A stretch of DNA of 64,000 bases from Hylemonella sp. (GTDB lineage: Bacteria > Pseudomonadota > Gammaproteobacteria > Burkholderiales > Burkholderiaceae_C), in the NCBI RefSeq assembly GCF_027532185.1, contig NZ_JAPZSV010000011.1, forward strand, positions 3,402-67,401, in the 5' to 3' direction. Of the stretch, positions 23,167 through 36,015 are shown one piece after another. Positions within the stretch are counted from its first letter, which is position 1. Every line of letters starts with the position of its first letter. The notes beneath the pieces were generated by a model. The model made no database searches. It saw only the letters and a list, made by a program, of their open reading frames with translations, and was not told the origin of the DNA. The position numbers were made by a program, and so were the translations under genes.

Positions 23167-24282
23167 ATGCAAACCTCTGACCTCTCCGCACTCAACACCT
23201 TGGTGTTGAGTGCCTCCTTTGCGCTCTCGCTGCTGTTCGGCGCCATCGCCCAGCGCACCCACTTCTGCACCATGGGTGCGGTCAGCGATGTGGTCAACAT
23301 GGGCGACTGGACACGCATGCGCCAATGGGGCCTGGCGATCGGTGTGGCCATGGCCGGCTTTGCACTGCTGGCTTACACCGGGTTCATCGACCCGGCCAAG
23401 ACCCTGCATGGCGGCAACCGCTGGCTCTGGCTCTCCGCCGCCCTCGGTGGCCTGATGTTCGGCTTCGGTATGGTGCTGTCCTCCGGTTGCGGCAGCAAGA
23501 CCCTGGTGCGGGTGGGCAGCGGCAGTCTCAAGTCTCTGGTCGTCCTGCTTGTCATGGGTTGGGCTGGTTTCGCCACCATGAAAGGCATCACCGCCGTGCT
23601 GCGTGTCGATACGGTGGATCGCGTTGCCGTCGATTTCGCCGGCACGGCCAGCCTGCCGCAGGTGCTGGCCGGCCCCTTGGGCCTGGCGCCTGTCACCCTG
23701 CTGCTGGTGCTGGGCCTGCTGATCGGTGCCGTCCTGATGGTCTGGGCCTTGCGCGGCGACCAGTTCCTGCGTGCCGACAACCTGCTGGCCGGCTTCGGCA
23801 TCGGCGGCATCATCGTTGCCATGTGGTGGGTCAGCGGCCATCTTGGCCACCTGGCCGAGCATCCCGAGACGTTGGAGGAGGTCTACCTGGCCACCAATTC
23901 GGGGCGTGCCGAGGCTCTGAGCTTTGTTGCACCGGTCTCCTACACCCTGGACTGGCTCATGTTCTACAGCGACAAGAGCAAGGTGCTCACGCTGGGTATC
24001 GTCTCCGTCTTCGGCGTCATCGTGGGCTCGATGCTGATGGCATTGTGGGGCCGCACCTTCCGTTGGGAAGGCTTTGGCAGTACCGAAGACGTCGCCAATC
24101 ACCTCGTGGGCGCTGTACTCATGGGCGTGGGCGGCGTGACGGCCATGGGCTGCACCATCGGCCAGGGTCTGACCGGCCTGTCCACGCTGGGTCTCAACAG
24201 CCTCGTGGCCTTTGCGGCTATCGTGACTGGCGCGGTGCTCGGTTTCAGGTACCAGATGTGGCGCCTGGAGCGCATGGCCTGA
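23167..24282 (+). CDS. YeeE/YedE family sulfur-compound (thiosulfate) transporter-like membrane protein
   Basis: 371 aa, polytopic, with the duplicated conserved-Cys motifs of the family (THFCTMGAV, SSGCGSKT, AMGCTIGQG). Confidence 0.78.
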   Translation: MQTSDLSALNTLVLSASFALSLLFGAIAQRTHFCTMGAVSDVVNMGDWTRMRQWGLAIGVAMAGFALLAYTGFIDPAKTLHGGNRWLWLSAALGGLMFGFGMVLSSGCGSKTLVRVGSGSLKSLVVLLVMGWAGFATMKGITAVLRVDTVDRVAVDFAGTASLPQVLAGPLGLAPVTLLLVLGLLIGAVLMVWALRGDQFLRADNLLAGFGIGGIIVAMWWVSGHLGHLAEHPETLEEVYLATNSGRAEALSFVAPVSYTLDWLMFYSDKSKVLTLGIVSVFGVIVGSMLMALWGRTFRWEGFGSTEDVANHLVGAVLMGVGGVTAMGCTIGQGLTGLSTLGLNSLVAFAAIVTGAVLGFRYQMWRLERMA

Positions 24283-24287
24283 GACCG

Positions 24288-25052
24288 ATGGTGCAGGTCG
24301 CTGACACCGCCGAGCGCCGTTTCGGCGGGCTGGCCCGGCTTTACGGTGTGGCGGGTGCGCAGTGCATCCGCGCTTCCCATGTGGCTGTGGTGGGGGTCGG
24401 CGGTGTCGGCTCCTGGGCCGTGGAGGCCCTGGCGCGCAGCGGCGTGGGCCGGCTCACGCTGATCGATCTCGACCACGTGGCTGAATCCAATATCAACCGC
24501 CAGATCCAGGCGACCGAAGCCACTCTTGGCCAGGCCAAGGTGCTGGCTCTGCGGGACCGCATCGCGCAGATCAACCCGGGCTGTCAGGTGAAGTGCATCG
24601 AGGAATTTGTCGCGCCCGACAACTGGCCGGCGCTGCTGCCTGCGGGGGTGGAGGCCGTCATCGACGCCTGCGATCAGGTGCAGGCCAAGACCGCCATGGC
24701 GGCCTGGGCCCGCACGAGCAAGGCCTTGTTCATCACGGTGGGCGCGGCCGGTGGCAAGCGCCTGGCACACCAGGTCGACATCGAGGATCTGTCCAAGGTC
24801 ACGCACGATCCCCTGCTGGCCCAGCTGCGCTACCGCCTGCGTAAACAGCATGGCGCTCCGAAAGAGGGACGAAGGATCGGCGTAGCCTGCGTCTACAGCC
24901 GGGAGGCGGTGCGCGGACCTGACGCATCCTGTGCGGTTGAAGGCGATGGCAGTCTCAATTGCAGCGGCTACGGTTCCCTGGTGTCGGTCACGTCCACCTT
25001 CGGCCAATGCGCCGCGGGCTGGGTGTTGAATGCGCTCGCAGCGCGCGCTTGA
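24288..25052 (+). CDS. tcdA: tRNA threonylcarbamoyladenosine (t6A) dehydratase, ThiF/MoeB-like E1 fold
   Basis: RFGGLARLYG...VAVVGVGGVGSWAVEALARSGVGRLTLIDLDHVAESNINRQ, matching the TcdA/CsdL pattern. Confidence 0.85.
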   Translation: MVQVADTAERRFGGLARLYGVAGAQCIRASHVAVVGVGGVGSWAVEALARSGVGRLTLIDLDHVAESNINRQIQATEATLGQAKVLALRDRIAQINPGCQVKCIEEFVAPDNWPALLPAGVEAVIDACDQVQAKTAMAAWARTSKALFITVGAAGGKRLAHQVDIEDLSKVTHDPLLAQLRYRLRKQHGAPKEGRRIGVACVYSREAVRGPDASCAVEGDGSLNCSGYGSLVSVTSTFGQCAAGWVLNALAARA

Positions 25053-25079
25053 AAACGCTGCAAAAAACACGCTATAATT
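25049..25079 (+). promoter_or_regulatory. Candidate sigma-70 promoter of the tRNA-Lys/tRNA-Asn operon
   Basis: TTGAAA (25049-25054), a 19-nt spacer, then TATAAT (25074-25079), about 40 nt upstream of the tRNA. The spacer is longer than optimal. Confidence 0.4.
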
Positions 25080-25117
25080 TAAGGCTTGTCGGGGTACGCA
25101 AAAGCGTCCCGCTGAGT

Positions 25118-25193
25118 GGGACGTTAGCTCAGTTGGTAGAGCAGCGGACTTTTAATCCGTTGGTCGCAGGTTCGAATCCTGCACGTCCTACCA
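25118..25193 (+). tRNA. tRNA-Lys (anticodon UUU)
   Basis: 76 nt. Acceptor stem GGGACGT/ACGTCCT, D-loop AGCTCAGTTGGTAGAGC, anticodon loop CTTTTAA, T-arm GGTTCGAATCC, encoded CCA. Confidence 0.95.
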
Positions 25194-25217
25194 AGTACAA
25201 TTCGAAGCACCGAATAT

Positions 25218-25293
25218 TCCTCGATAGCTCAGTCGGTAGAGCGCCGGACTGTTAATCCGTAGGTCCCTGGTTCGAGCCCAGGTCGAGGAGCCA
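25218..25293 (+). tRNA. tRNA-Asn (anticodon GUU)
   Basis: 76 nt. Acceptor stem TCCTCGA/TCGAGGA, anticodon loop CTGTTAA, T-arm GGTTCGAGCCC, encoded CCA. Confidence 0.95.
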
Positions 25294-25300
25294 AAACAAG

Positions 25301-25333
25301 AAGGCCTTGCAGCGATGCAAGGCCTTTTTTCTT
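25301..25333 (+). terminator. Rho-independent terminator of the tRNA operon
   Basis: Perfect 11-bp stem AAGGCCTTGCA / TGCAAGGCCTT with loop GCGA, followed by a T-run. Confidence 0.85.
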
Positions 25334-25354
25334 GTCTGCATGCCACGCGAGGCG

Positions 25355-25389
25355 CAAAGGAAAAGGGGTCTGATCTTGCGATAAGACCC
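25355..25389 (-). terminator. Rho-independent terminator of tRNA-Lys(CUU)
   Basis: The minus strand reads GGGTCT-TATCGCAAGATC-AGACCC followed by CTTTTCCTTTG. Confidence 0.6.
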
Positions 25390-25398
25390 ATTTTGATC

Positions 25399-25474
25399 TG
25401 GTGGGTCCTGTAGGATTCTAACCTACGACCTACGTATTAAGAGTCCGCTGCTCTACCAACTGAGCTAAGAACCC
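25399..25474 (-). tRNA. tRNA-Lys (anticodon CUU)
   Basis: The reverse complement reads GGGTTCTTAGCTCAGTTGGTAGAGCAGCGGACTCTTAATACG...GGTTAGAATCCTACAGGACCCACCA. 76 nt, encoded CCA. Confidence 0.93.
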
Positions 25475-25569
25475 GAAGCCGCGATTATGGCATAAAACAG
25501 CACGTTCCCGAGAGGGCGGCGAATGAAATGAAGTTCTTTGCGCATTCCCATCACACAGGAGTACCGATC

Positions 25570-25770
25570 ATGTCCCGGCTGTCTGTCATCACCTTGAGTG
25601 TCTTCATGCTGACGGGCTGTGGTGCCGAAACGGCGACCACGGCGGCCACCGTAGGGGCTGCCAAGAAGCAGGAGATCGAGCAGGGCAAGCAGACCCTGGA
25701 GCAGGTGCAGCAGCGGGTGGGCGAGTCCATGCAGCAGATGCAGCAAAGCCCACAGCGCGCTGCTGACTAG
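25570..25770 (+). CDS. Small lipoprotein (66 aa), Gln/Glu-rich
   Basis: AGGAG (25557-25561) lies 8 nt before the ATG at 25570. The signal peptide has the lipobox FMLTGC. Confidence 0.55.
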   Translation: MSRLSVITLSVFMLTGCGAETATTAATVGAAKKQEIEQGKQTLEQVQQRVGESMQQMQQSPQRAAD

Positions 25771-25936
25771 TTCCAACGCCAAACCGCACCGATGCTGCTG
25801 GTCGCACGCCGTTGATCGCGTGGCCGCCAGCGGCTCCGCGCTAAGTGGGCTAGTGCACGGACAGCCTGACCAGGCATTTTGAGAATGCGGTTCAGGGCCA
25901 CCGTCCGGTGGCCCGAGCATCTTCAGGGAGGCTCGC

Positions 25937-26737
25937 ATGCTGTTCCCGACCCATCGGCAAGCGCTCGTTGTACCGGGCCAGGGCGTCCGCTTCGTGAGTC
26001 CCATGGCGAATGCATGGGGAAGAAGTTTTCTGCGCCATCTTTCCGCTGAGCTCATGCCGGTGCCGCACGATGAAGCTCAGCTTTGGGTGTGCCGCATCGT
26101 TCCCCCGGCTCAGGCGCTGTTCGATGCGCGCATGCATGCCCCCACTGATATGGCCGTGTGTACCGTTCTCGGCGTATCGGCGCTGATGGTTTCGGCCTAT
26201 CAGATCACGGGCGTCGAACTGGGCCGCGCGGACAGGGCGCTGGCGCTCGTCGAGCGCGCGTTTGTCCTGACCTATCGGGCCTACATCAGGAACGTCTGCC
26301 TGCCGCTGTTGCAGGGGGGCGAACTTCAGGCGGCTGAACTGGCCAGGATGAACTTCCACGCCTGGGGGCGACCGTTGCCGCCCTCCGCCCAAGGGCACCG
26401 GGACCCGCGCGGGGCCGTCCGCGGTCCCGAGTGGCCAGGTTTCCAGTGCTTCTTCGAGGAGCATGGAGCGCCCGAGCTGGCGCGGATCATGCAGACCGCA
26501 GATGAGACTTGGATCCGCGCCCTTGCTGACCACAGACGCGCGGGCTCGGAGCCAGGATCGCGCGCGTGTGGAGAGTCCTCGGACTTCTCGCCGTTTCACT
26601 TTTCACACGCCCGGGTGCGGCCTGCGCCCCGCCGACGCGACACGGTACTGGAACTGGATCTCGGTACTTCTGCGGCATGGGGGGACGCTCTCGACGAGCG
26701 CCGCCCGAGGGGCTCGGTCTCCAGCGCATCTGCTTGA
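25937..26737 (+). CDS. Hypothetical protein (orphan, 266 aa)
   Basis: AGGGAGG (25925-25931) lies 5 nt before the ATG. Third-codon positions are visibly less GC-rich than in neighbouring core genes. No family recognised. A competing antisense ORF exists at 25892-26599. Confidence 0.45.
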   Translation: MLFPTHRQALVVPGQGVRFVSPMANAWGRSFLRHLSAELMPVPHDEAQLWVCRIVPPAQALFDARMHAPTDMAVCTVLGVSALMVSAYQITGVELGRADRALALVERAFVLTYRAYIRNVCLPLLQGGELQAAELARMNFHAWGRPLPPSAQGHRDPRGAVRGPEWPGFQCFFEEHGAPELARIMQTADETWIRALADHRRAGSEPGSRACGESSDFSPFHFSHARVRPAPRRRDTVLELDLGTSAAWGDALDERRPRGSVSSASA

Positions 26738-26759
26738 AACAGGCTCAGGCCGCTGTTGC

Positions 26760-28703
<1,944 letters not shown>

Positions 28704-28757
28704 CGTTCGTGTGTCGTTGCGCCCTGGAGGAGGCGTAACGAATGAAAGGGTTCAGAT

Positions 28758-28840
28758 GGCGAGCGCCGTGGAGCCGGCCTTGCCGGGCCACTGGCCTTGT
28801 CCCCTGGAGGGGAAGGCGGCGACAGCCGCCACAGGGGTGT
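28758..28840 (-). repeat. Structured intergenic repeat, copy B (forward on minus strand)
   Basis: GCCGTGGAGCCGGCCTTGCCGGGCCACTGGCCTTGTCCCCTG differs at only 3 of 41 nt from copy C. Ends ...CACAGGGGTGT. Abuts the prmB stop codon. Confidence 0.75.
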
Positions 28841-28841
28841 C

Positions 28842-30892
<2,051 letters not shown>

Positions 30893-32065
30893 TCAGCCGT
30901 GCTTCACGTCGAGCGTGATCTCGGTGAAGGACGGTTCGTCGTCGTGGTGGTCTTCGGCCGCCTGGGCCTGGGCCGGCTTCTGGAAGTCGTTCTGCAGACG
31001 CCACATGAGGTTGGTGGGCGAATCGGAGTTGGCCAGGCCTTCCTTGCGGTCGACCACGCCGTCGGTGATGAGCCGGGCGATGTCCTGCTCGAAGTTCTGC
31101 GAGCCCTCGGCCATGGCCTTTTCCAGCGCTTCCTTGATGCTGGAGAAGTCGCCCTTCTCGATCAGCTCGGAGATCAACTTGGTGTTGAGCATGATTTCCA
31201 CCGCCGGAGTCCGTGCGCCGGTCACGGTGCGCAGCAGACGCTGCGAGACGATGGCCTTCATGGCGCTGGCCAAATCACCCAGCATGGTTTGGCGCACTTC
31301 CACCGGGTAGAAGCTCAGGATCCGGTTCAGCGCCTGGTAGCTGTTGTTGGCGTGCATGGTGGCCAGGCAAAGGTGGCCAGACTGCGCGTAGGCGATGGCG
31401 GCCGACATGGTCTCGCGGTCGCGGATCTCGCCGATCATGATCACGTCGGGGGCCTGGCGCAGCGCGTTCTGCAGCGCGGTATGCAGGTTCTTGGTGTCGG
31501 CTCCGATTTCGCGCTGGTTGACCACCGAGCGCTTGTTCTTGAACAGGTACTCGATCGGGTCCTCGATGGTCAGGATGTGGCCCGAGGCGTTCTCGTTGCG
31601 GTAGTCGATCATGGCCGCCAGCGTGGTGCTCTTGCCCATGCCCGTGGCGCCCACCATGAGGATGAGGCCGCGCTTTTCCATGATCAGGTCGCCCAGGATG
31701 GGCGGCAGCGAGAGCGAGCCCAGCGTGGGGATCTCGCCGGAGACAAAACGGATCACGGCCGCCACCGAGCCACGCTGGCGCATGGCACTCAGACGGAAGC
31801 GCCCCACGCCGGCCAGCGGGAAGCCCATGTTGAGCTCGCTGTAGGCATCGAGCTCGGCCATGCGCTCCTCGGGGATGATCTCGGCCAGCAGGTTGCGCGG
31901 CGCCTCGGCCGGCAGGGCCTGGTTGTTGATGGGCACGCACTGGCCGTTGATGCGGATCAGCGCCGGCGAGTGCGCCGACAGATAGATGTCCGAGGCCTTT
32001 TTCTCGGCCATCAGGCGCAGGATCCGTTCCATCGTGCCCATGGGGCGTTCGGCTGTGGTGCTCAT
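30893..32065 (-). CDS. PilT/PilU family type IV pilus retraction-type ATPase (PilU-like)
   Basis: 390 aa. ASDIYLSAHSPALIRINGQ, Walker A GATGMGKSTT, Asp box and His box (ATMHANN) are present. Confidence 0.85.
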   Translation of the reverse strand: MSTTAERPMGTMERILRLMAEKKASDIYLSAHSPALIRINGQCVPINNQALPAEAPRNLLAEIIPEERMAELDAYSELNMGFPLAGVGRFRLSAMRQRGSVAAVIRFVSGEIPTLGSLSLPPILGDLIMEKRGLILMVGATGMGKSTTLAAMIDYRNENASGHILTIEDPIEYLFKNKRSVVNQREIGADTKNLHTALQNALRQAPDVIMIGEIRDRETMSAAIAYAQSGHLCLATMHANNSYQALNRILSFYPVEVRQTMLGDLASAMKAIVSQRLLRTVTGARTPAVEIMLNTKLISELIEKGDFSSIKEALEKAMAEGSQNFEQDIARLITDGVVDRKEGLANSDSPTNLMWRLQNDFQKPAQAQAAEDHHDDEPSFTEITLDVKHG

Positions 32066-32104
32066 GTTTCCTCCGTGTCGGGTCTCGGGCCCTGTCAGTC
32101 GGTA

Positions 32105-32938
32105 TCAGTCGCGCAGCAGGTCGTTCAGGCTGGTCTTGGAGCGGGTCTGCGCATCCACCGTCTTGACGATGATGGCCGCATAGGTGCTGTAGTCCTGGCC
32201 GCCCTTGGTCTTCTTGGGCAGGTTGCCGCTGATGACCACGCTGCCACTGGGCACGCGGCCGTAGACGATTTCGCCGGTGTCGCGGTTGAAGATGGGCGTG
32301 CTCTGGCCGATGTACACACCCATGCCGAGCACAGAATTCTCTTCCACGACCACGCCCTCGACCACTTCCGAGCGTGCGCCGATGAAGCAGTTGTCTTCGA
32401 TGATGGTCGGCCCAGCCTGCACGGGCTCCAGCACACCGCCGATGCCCACGCCACCCGACAGGTGCACGTTCTTGCCGATCTGGGCGCAGGAACCGACTGT
32501 GGCCCAGGTGTCGACCATGGTGTTCTCATCGACGTAGGCGCCGATGTTCACGTAGCTGGGCATGAGGATGGCGCCCTTGGCAATGTAGCTGCCGCGGCGG
32601 GCTACGGCCGGCGGCACCACGCGCACGCCGGTGGCGGCCATCTCTTCAGCCGACAGGTGGGCAAACTTGGTCTGCACCTTGTCGTAGAAGCCCAGATCGC
32701 CGGCCTTGATGACCTCGTTGTCCTTGAGGCGGAATGACAGCAGCACGGCCTTCTTGATCCACTGGTGCACGGTCCACTTGCCCACGGCTTCGCGCGTGGC
32801 CACGCGCAGGCGACCCTTGTTCAGCTCGGAGATCACGTGCTCGACGGCCTCGGCCACTTCCTTGGGGGCGGACTTGACGGAGATGTTCGCGCGGTTGTCC
32901 CAGGCGGCTTCGATGATCTGTTGCAGTTGTTGGCTCAT
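32105..32938 (-). CDS. dapD: 2,3,4,5-tetrahydropyridine-2,6-dicarboxylate N-succinyltransferase
   Basis: The start is set at [16 protein letters not shown] (ATG at 32938). Hexapeptide-repeat C-terminal half. Confidence 0.95.
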   Translation of the reverse strand: MSQQLQQIIEAAWDNRANISVKSAPKEVAEAVEHVISELNKGRLRVATREAVGKWTVHQWIKKAVLLSFRLKDNEVIKAGDLGFYDKVQTKFAHLSAEEMAATGVRVVPPAVARRGSYIAKGAILMPSYVNIGAYVDENTMVDTWATVGSCAQIGKNVHLSGGVGIGGVLEPVQAGPTIIEDNCFIGARSEVVEGVVVEENSVLGMGVYIGQSTPIFNRDTGEIVYGRVPSGSVVISGNLPKKTKGGQDYSTYAAIIVKTVDAQTRSKTSLNDLLRD

Positions 32939-32949
32939 GTCAGGTGGAC

Positions 32950-34143
32950 TCAGTTTCGGGATTGGACAAATTGGACGATGCGCTCGGCCGCTTCCACGCA
33001 CTCGGCGGTTTCGGCCACCAGCGCCATGCGCACGCGCCCGGCGCCGGGATTGGTGCCATGGGCCTCGCGCGCCAGATAGCTGCCGGGCAGTACGGTGACA
33101 TTGTAAAGAGCGTAGAGCTCGCGGGCGAACTCGGTGTCGGAACCCTGTACGCCAGCCCAGAGATAGAAGGCGGCATCGGGCAGGGCCACGTCGAGCACGG
33201 GCGACAGCATCGGGGTGACGGTGGCGAATTTCTGCCGGTAGAGGTTGCGGTTGTCGATGACGTGCTGCTCGTCGTTCCAGGCCGCCATGCTGGCGGCCTG
33301 CACCACATGGCTCATGGCGCTGCCGTGGTAGGTGCGGTAAAGCAGGAAGGCCTTGATGATGGCCGCATCCCCGGCCACGAAGCCGCTGCGCAGCCCCGGC
33401 ACATTGCTGCGCTTGGACAGGCTGGTCAGTGCGATCAGGTTTCTGAAATCCGTGCGGCCCAGTTTGAGGGCGGCTTCCAGTCCGCCCAGCGGCGGCTCGT
33501 CACGGAAGTAGATCTCGCTGTAGCACTCGTCCGAGGCGATCACGAAACCGTAACGGTCGCTGAGCGCGAAGAGCTTCTGCCACTCGTCCAGCGGCATCAC
33601 GGCGCCCGTGGGGTTGCCCGGTGAGCAGGTGAAGATGAGCTGGGTGCGGGCCCAGACCTCGGGCGGCACCGAGTCCCAGTCCACGGCAAAGTTGCGCGCC
33701 GGATCGCTGGGCACGTAATACGGCTCGGCCCCGGCCAGCAGGGCACCGCCCTCGTAGATCTGATAGAAGGGATTGGGGCAGAGCACCAGGGCACCGGGCT
33801 TCGTGCCGTCCACCACGGTCTGCGTCAGTGCGAACAGCGCCTCGCGCGAGCCATTGACGGGCAGGATCTGGGTGCCGGGGTTGACGGCCACGCCGTAGCG
33901 ACGCTGCAGCCAACCGGCCATGGCCTCCTTGAGCGCAGGTTCACCGGCGGTGGCCGGGTAGCCGGTCAGGCCGGTGCCCAGCGCGCCCGCGAGGGCCTGC
34001 TTGATGAAGTCGGGCGTGGCGTGCTTGGGTTCACCGATGCCCAGGCTGATGGGGCGGTAGGCGGGGTTGGGCGTGATGCCGGCAAAAAGTTGCCGCAGCC
34101 GTTCGAAGGGATAGGGCTGCAGCCTCTGGAGCAGGGGGTTCAT
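32950..34143 (-). CDS. dapC: Succinyldiaminopimelate transaminase
   Basis: 397-aa class I aminotransferase starting [20 protein letters not shown], with an [17 protein letters not shown]-lysine motif. Located upstream of dapD. Confidence 0.88.
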   Translation of the reverse strand: MNPLLQRLQPYPFERLRQLFAGITPNPAYRPISLGIGEPKHATPDFIKQALAGALGTGLTGYPATAGEPALKEAMAGWLQRRYGVAVNPGTQILPVNGSREALFALTQTVVDGTKPGALVLCPNPFYQIYEGGALLAGAEPYYVPSDPARNFAVDWDSVPPEVWARTQLIFTCSPGNPTGAVMPLDEWQKLFALSDRYGFVIASDECYSEIYFRDEPPLGGLEAALKLGRTDFRNLIALTSLSKRSNVPGLRSGFVAGDAAIIKAFLLYRTYHGSAMSHVVQAASMAAWNDEQHVIDNRNLYRQKFATVTPMLSPVLDVALPDAAFYLWAGVQGSDTEFARELYALYNVTVLPGSYLAREAHGTNPGAGRVRMALVAETAECVEAAERIVQFVQSRN

Positions 34144-34182
34144 GGGATGAATTATCCCGGAACTCCCCCGCCCGTTCGGGGG

Positions 34183-34938
34183 TCAGCGCGGCAGTTTCTG
34201 GGCGCGCACCGCCTTTTGCACCAGCAGGTCGATGGACAGCACCAGCGCGATGCCAATGGCCATGACCGTCACCACGTCGGGCAGGTCGGTGGAAATGATC
34301 ACGCCAAAGCCGCGCGGCGGCGCCAGGCGGTCGGCCGTGGTGCAGACGAAATCGGCTGCGGCCATACCGGTGTAATGCATGGCGCAGACGGCCACGGCCA
34401 TGACCGCTGCGGCGACGAGACGCAGGGCGACCTGTTTGGTGTTGAAGGCCAGCCAGAGGGCTGCCGTGGCGGCGACGATCGCGATCAGGATCGACAGGGC
34501 AACCAGAGCCGACGCCCAGTCGATATAGCCACCAAAACGCATGCCGTACATGCCCAGGTAATGCATGACCACTACGCCCAGGCCCACGGCGCCCCCGGCG
34601 ACCAGCAGACGCTGGCGGTTCGAGGGGTCGCGCGCCACATGGACCAGGCCGAAGGCCGTGGCCGCACAGACCACCACCAGCGAGATCACCGTCTCGACCA
34701 TGGAATACCCGACGCGCAGGTCCATCTTGAGCGCAGCCATGCCGATGAAGTGCATGGTCCAGACACCGATGCCGCCCAGGGCCAGGGTGGCTGCGAGCAG
34801 GTCAAAGGAGTTGATCTTGCCGTTGGGGCCGATCATGCGGCGGGCGGCGGTGAGGGCGACGAAGGAGCCGATGAAGGCCAGGGCAAAAGACAGTGAGACG
34901 TAAAGCGTGTCGTAACTCGAGATGACTTCCGGATTCAT
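34183..34938 (-). CDS. Stand-alone MHYT-domain integral membrane sensor protein
   Basis: 251 aa, about 7 TM segments. Three MHYT-type motifs are present: WTMHFIGM, VVMHYLGM, AMHYTGM. There is no output domain. Confidence 0.8.
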   Translation of the reverse strand: MNPEVISSYDTLYVSLSFALAFIGSFVALTAARRMIGPNGKINSFDLLAATLALGGIGVWTMHFIGMAALKMDLRVGYSMVETVISLVVVCAATAFGLVHVARDPSNRQRLLVAGGAVGLGVVVMHYLGMYGMRFGGYIDWASALVALSILIAIVAATAALWLAFNTKQVALRLVAAAVMAVAVCAMHYTGMAAADFVCTTADRLAPPRGFGVIISTDLPDVVTVMAIGIALVLSIDLLVQKAVRAQKLPR

Positions 34939-35068
34939 GGTGATGCGTTCCTGTTCTGGGGACGACGCATACTAGGCGGGGACGCGATCCCGCGCTGGTT
35001 TGGTGCCCATTTTTTTCGGCTTTGTCCATGCAGAAATGCACAGACTCAAAGCCAGAAATCCTTGCCCC

Positions 35069-35734
35069 TCAGGCGCGTGGGGTATTGGTCAGGTAGCTCA
35101 GCACCAACTTGTCCTGTTGTGTAAGCGAGTGAAAGGCCATGCCCGTGAAATGCGACTCGCCGTCCTGCGCGCGATGGCTGTGGCACACCGTGGCCTTGAC
35201 CGTGATGGGGCTGAGTTCGCCCTCGACCAGGCCCTGGATCGTGAGGCTGATGACCTTGCCGACGGCGGCCACGGTGTCCGGCGTGCTCACCATCGCACCT
35301 TGCAGGCTGATGTCGACCAGCAGGCCTTCCTGCCGCTGCTCGCCCATCTGGGTCACGACGGGCCAGCGGGTCTTGGTGCGCAGGGACTGGCGCACCAGGC
35401 GGGCGTCGACCTGGTTGGGGTAGGCCAGCAGTGCATAGACGAAGGGCTTGTCATAGGTCTGCAGCACCTTGCTGATGAAGGAGAACTCATGCTGGCCCGT
35501 GAAGCCGCGCACGATGCAGACCTCACCTTCAGTCAGACCCGGGTCCTCGCCCTCGGGGCCCTGGGGGCCGACCATGACGCCGCGGTTCTCGATGGCGCCG
35601 AAGAGCTGGGCTTCCTTCTTGCTGGCGCCTTCCACCAGCCGGCGCACCTGCAACGCGATGCCGGGGCGCAGGCCCAGTTCCTTGAGGGTGGTCTGGGCGA
35701 CCTGCGGGGCGTTGTCAGGGGCGGCCTGGTTCAT
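35069..35734 (-). CDS. PilZ-domain c-di-GMP receptor, YcgR/flagellar-brake-like (PilZN + PilZ)
   Basis: The start is set at MNQAAPDN (ATG at 35734). Intact RxxxR (RQSLR) and DxSxxG (DISLQG) c-di-GMP-binding motifs. Confidence 0.75.
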   Translation of the reverse strand: MNQAAPDNAPQVAQTTLKELGLRPGIALQVRRLVEGASKKEAQLFGAIENRGVMVGPQGPEGEDPGLTEGEVCIVRGFTGQHEFSFISKVLQTYDKPFVYALLAYPNQVDARLVRQSLRTKTRWPVVTQMGEQRQEGLLVDISLQGAMVSTPDTVAAVGKVISLTIQGLVEGELSPITVKATVCHSHRAQDGESHFTGMAFHSLTQQDKLVLSYLTNTPRA

Positions 35735-36015
35735 GTTGCGTCTTTTTCTGCGGTCGGTCGGCTCAAAGCTCGTGAATCTACACGCTCTGCCGCGGGTGCG
35801 CCATGGCGACGGGCCACACAGTGTGTACAAATGCAACCAGCCCGGGTTTACCCGGGGCGGGCATCGGGCGTGTTCTCCCTGTTTTTTGGCCGCAGCCCGA
35901 AGGGAATGGGGTCAGCAGGCCTTAGCACAAAAGCAGGGCGCCCAGGCTCCTTTTCACGCTGCGCGGGACGTTATGATTTCGCGTTCCTTCCGTTCCCCCG
36001 ACCGAGTCCACCACT

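Noticed and set aside
25892-26599. A 235-aa minus-strand ORF overlaps the 266-aa plus-strand orphan.
   Set aside because: The plus-strand ORF has a strong, correctly spaced Shine-Dalgarno and a more protein-like composition. The minus-strand ORF is Arg/Gly/Pro-rich with no visible ribosome-binding site. Neither is confirmed.
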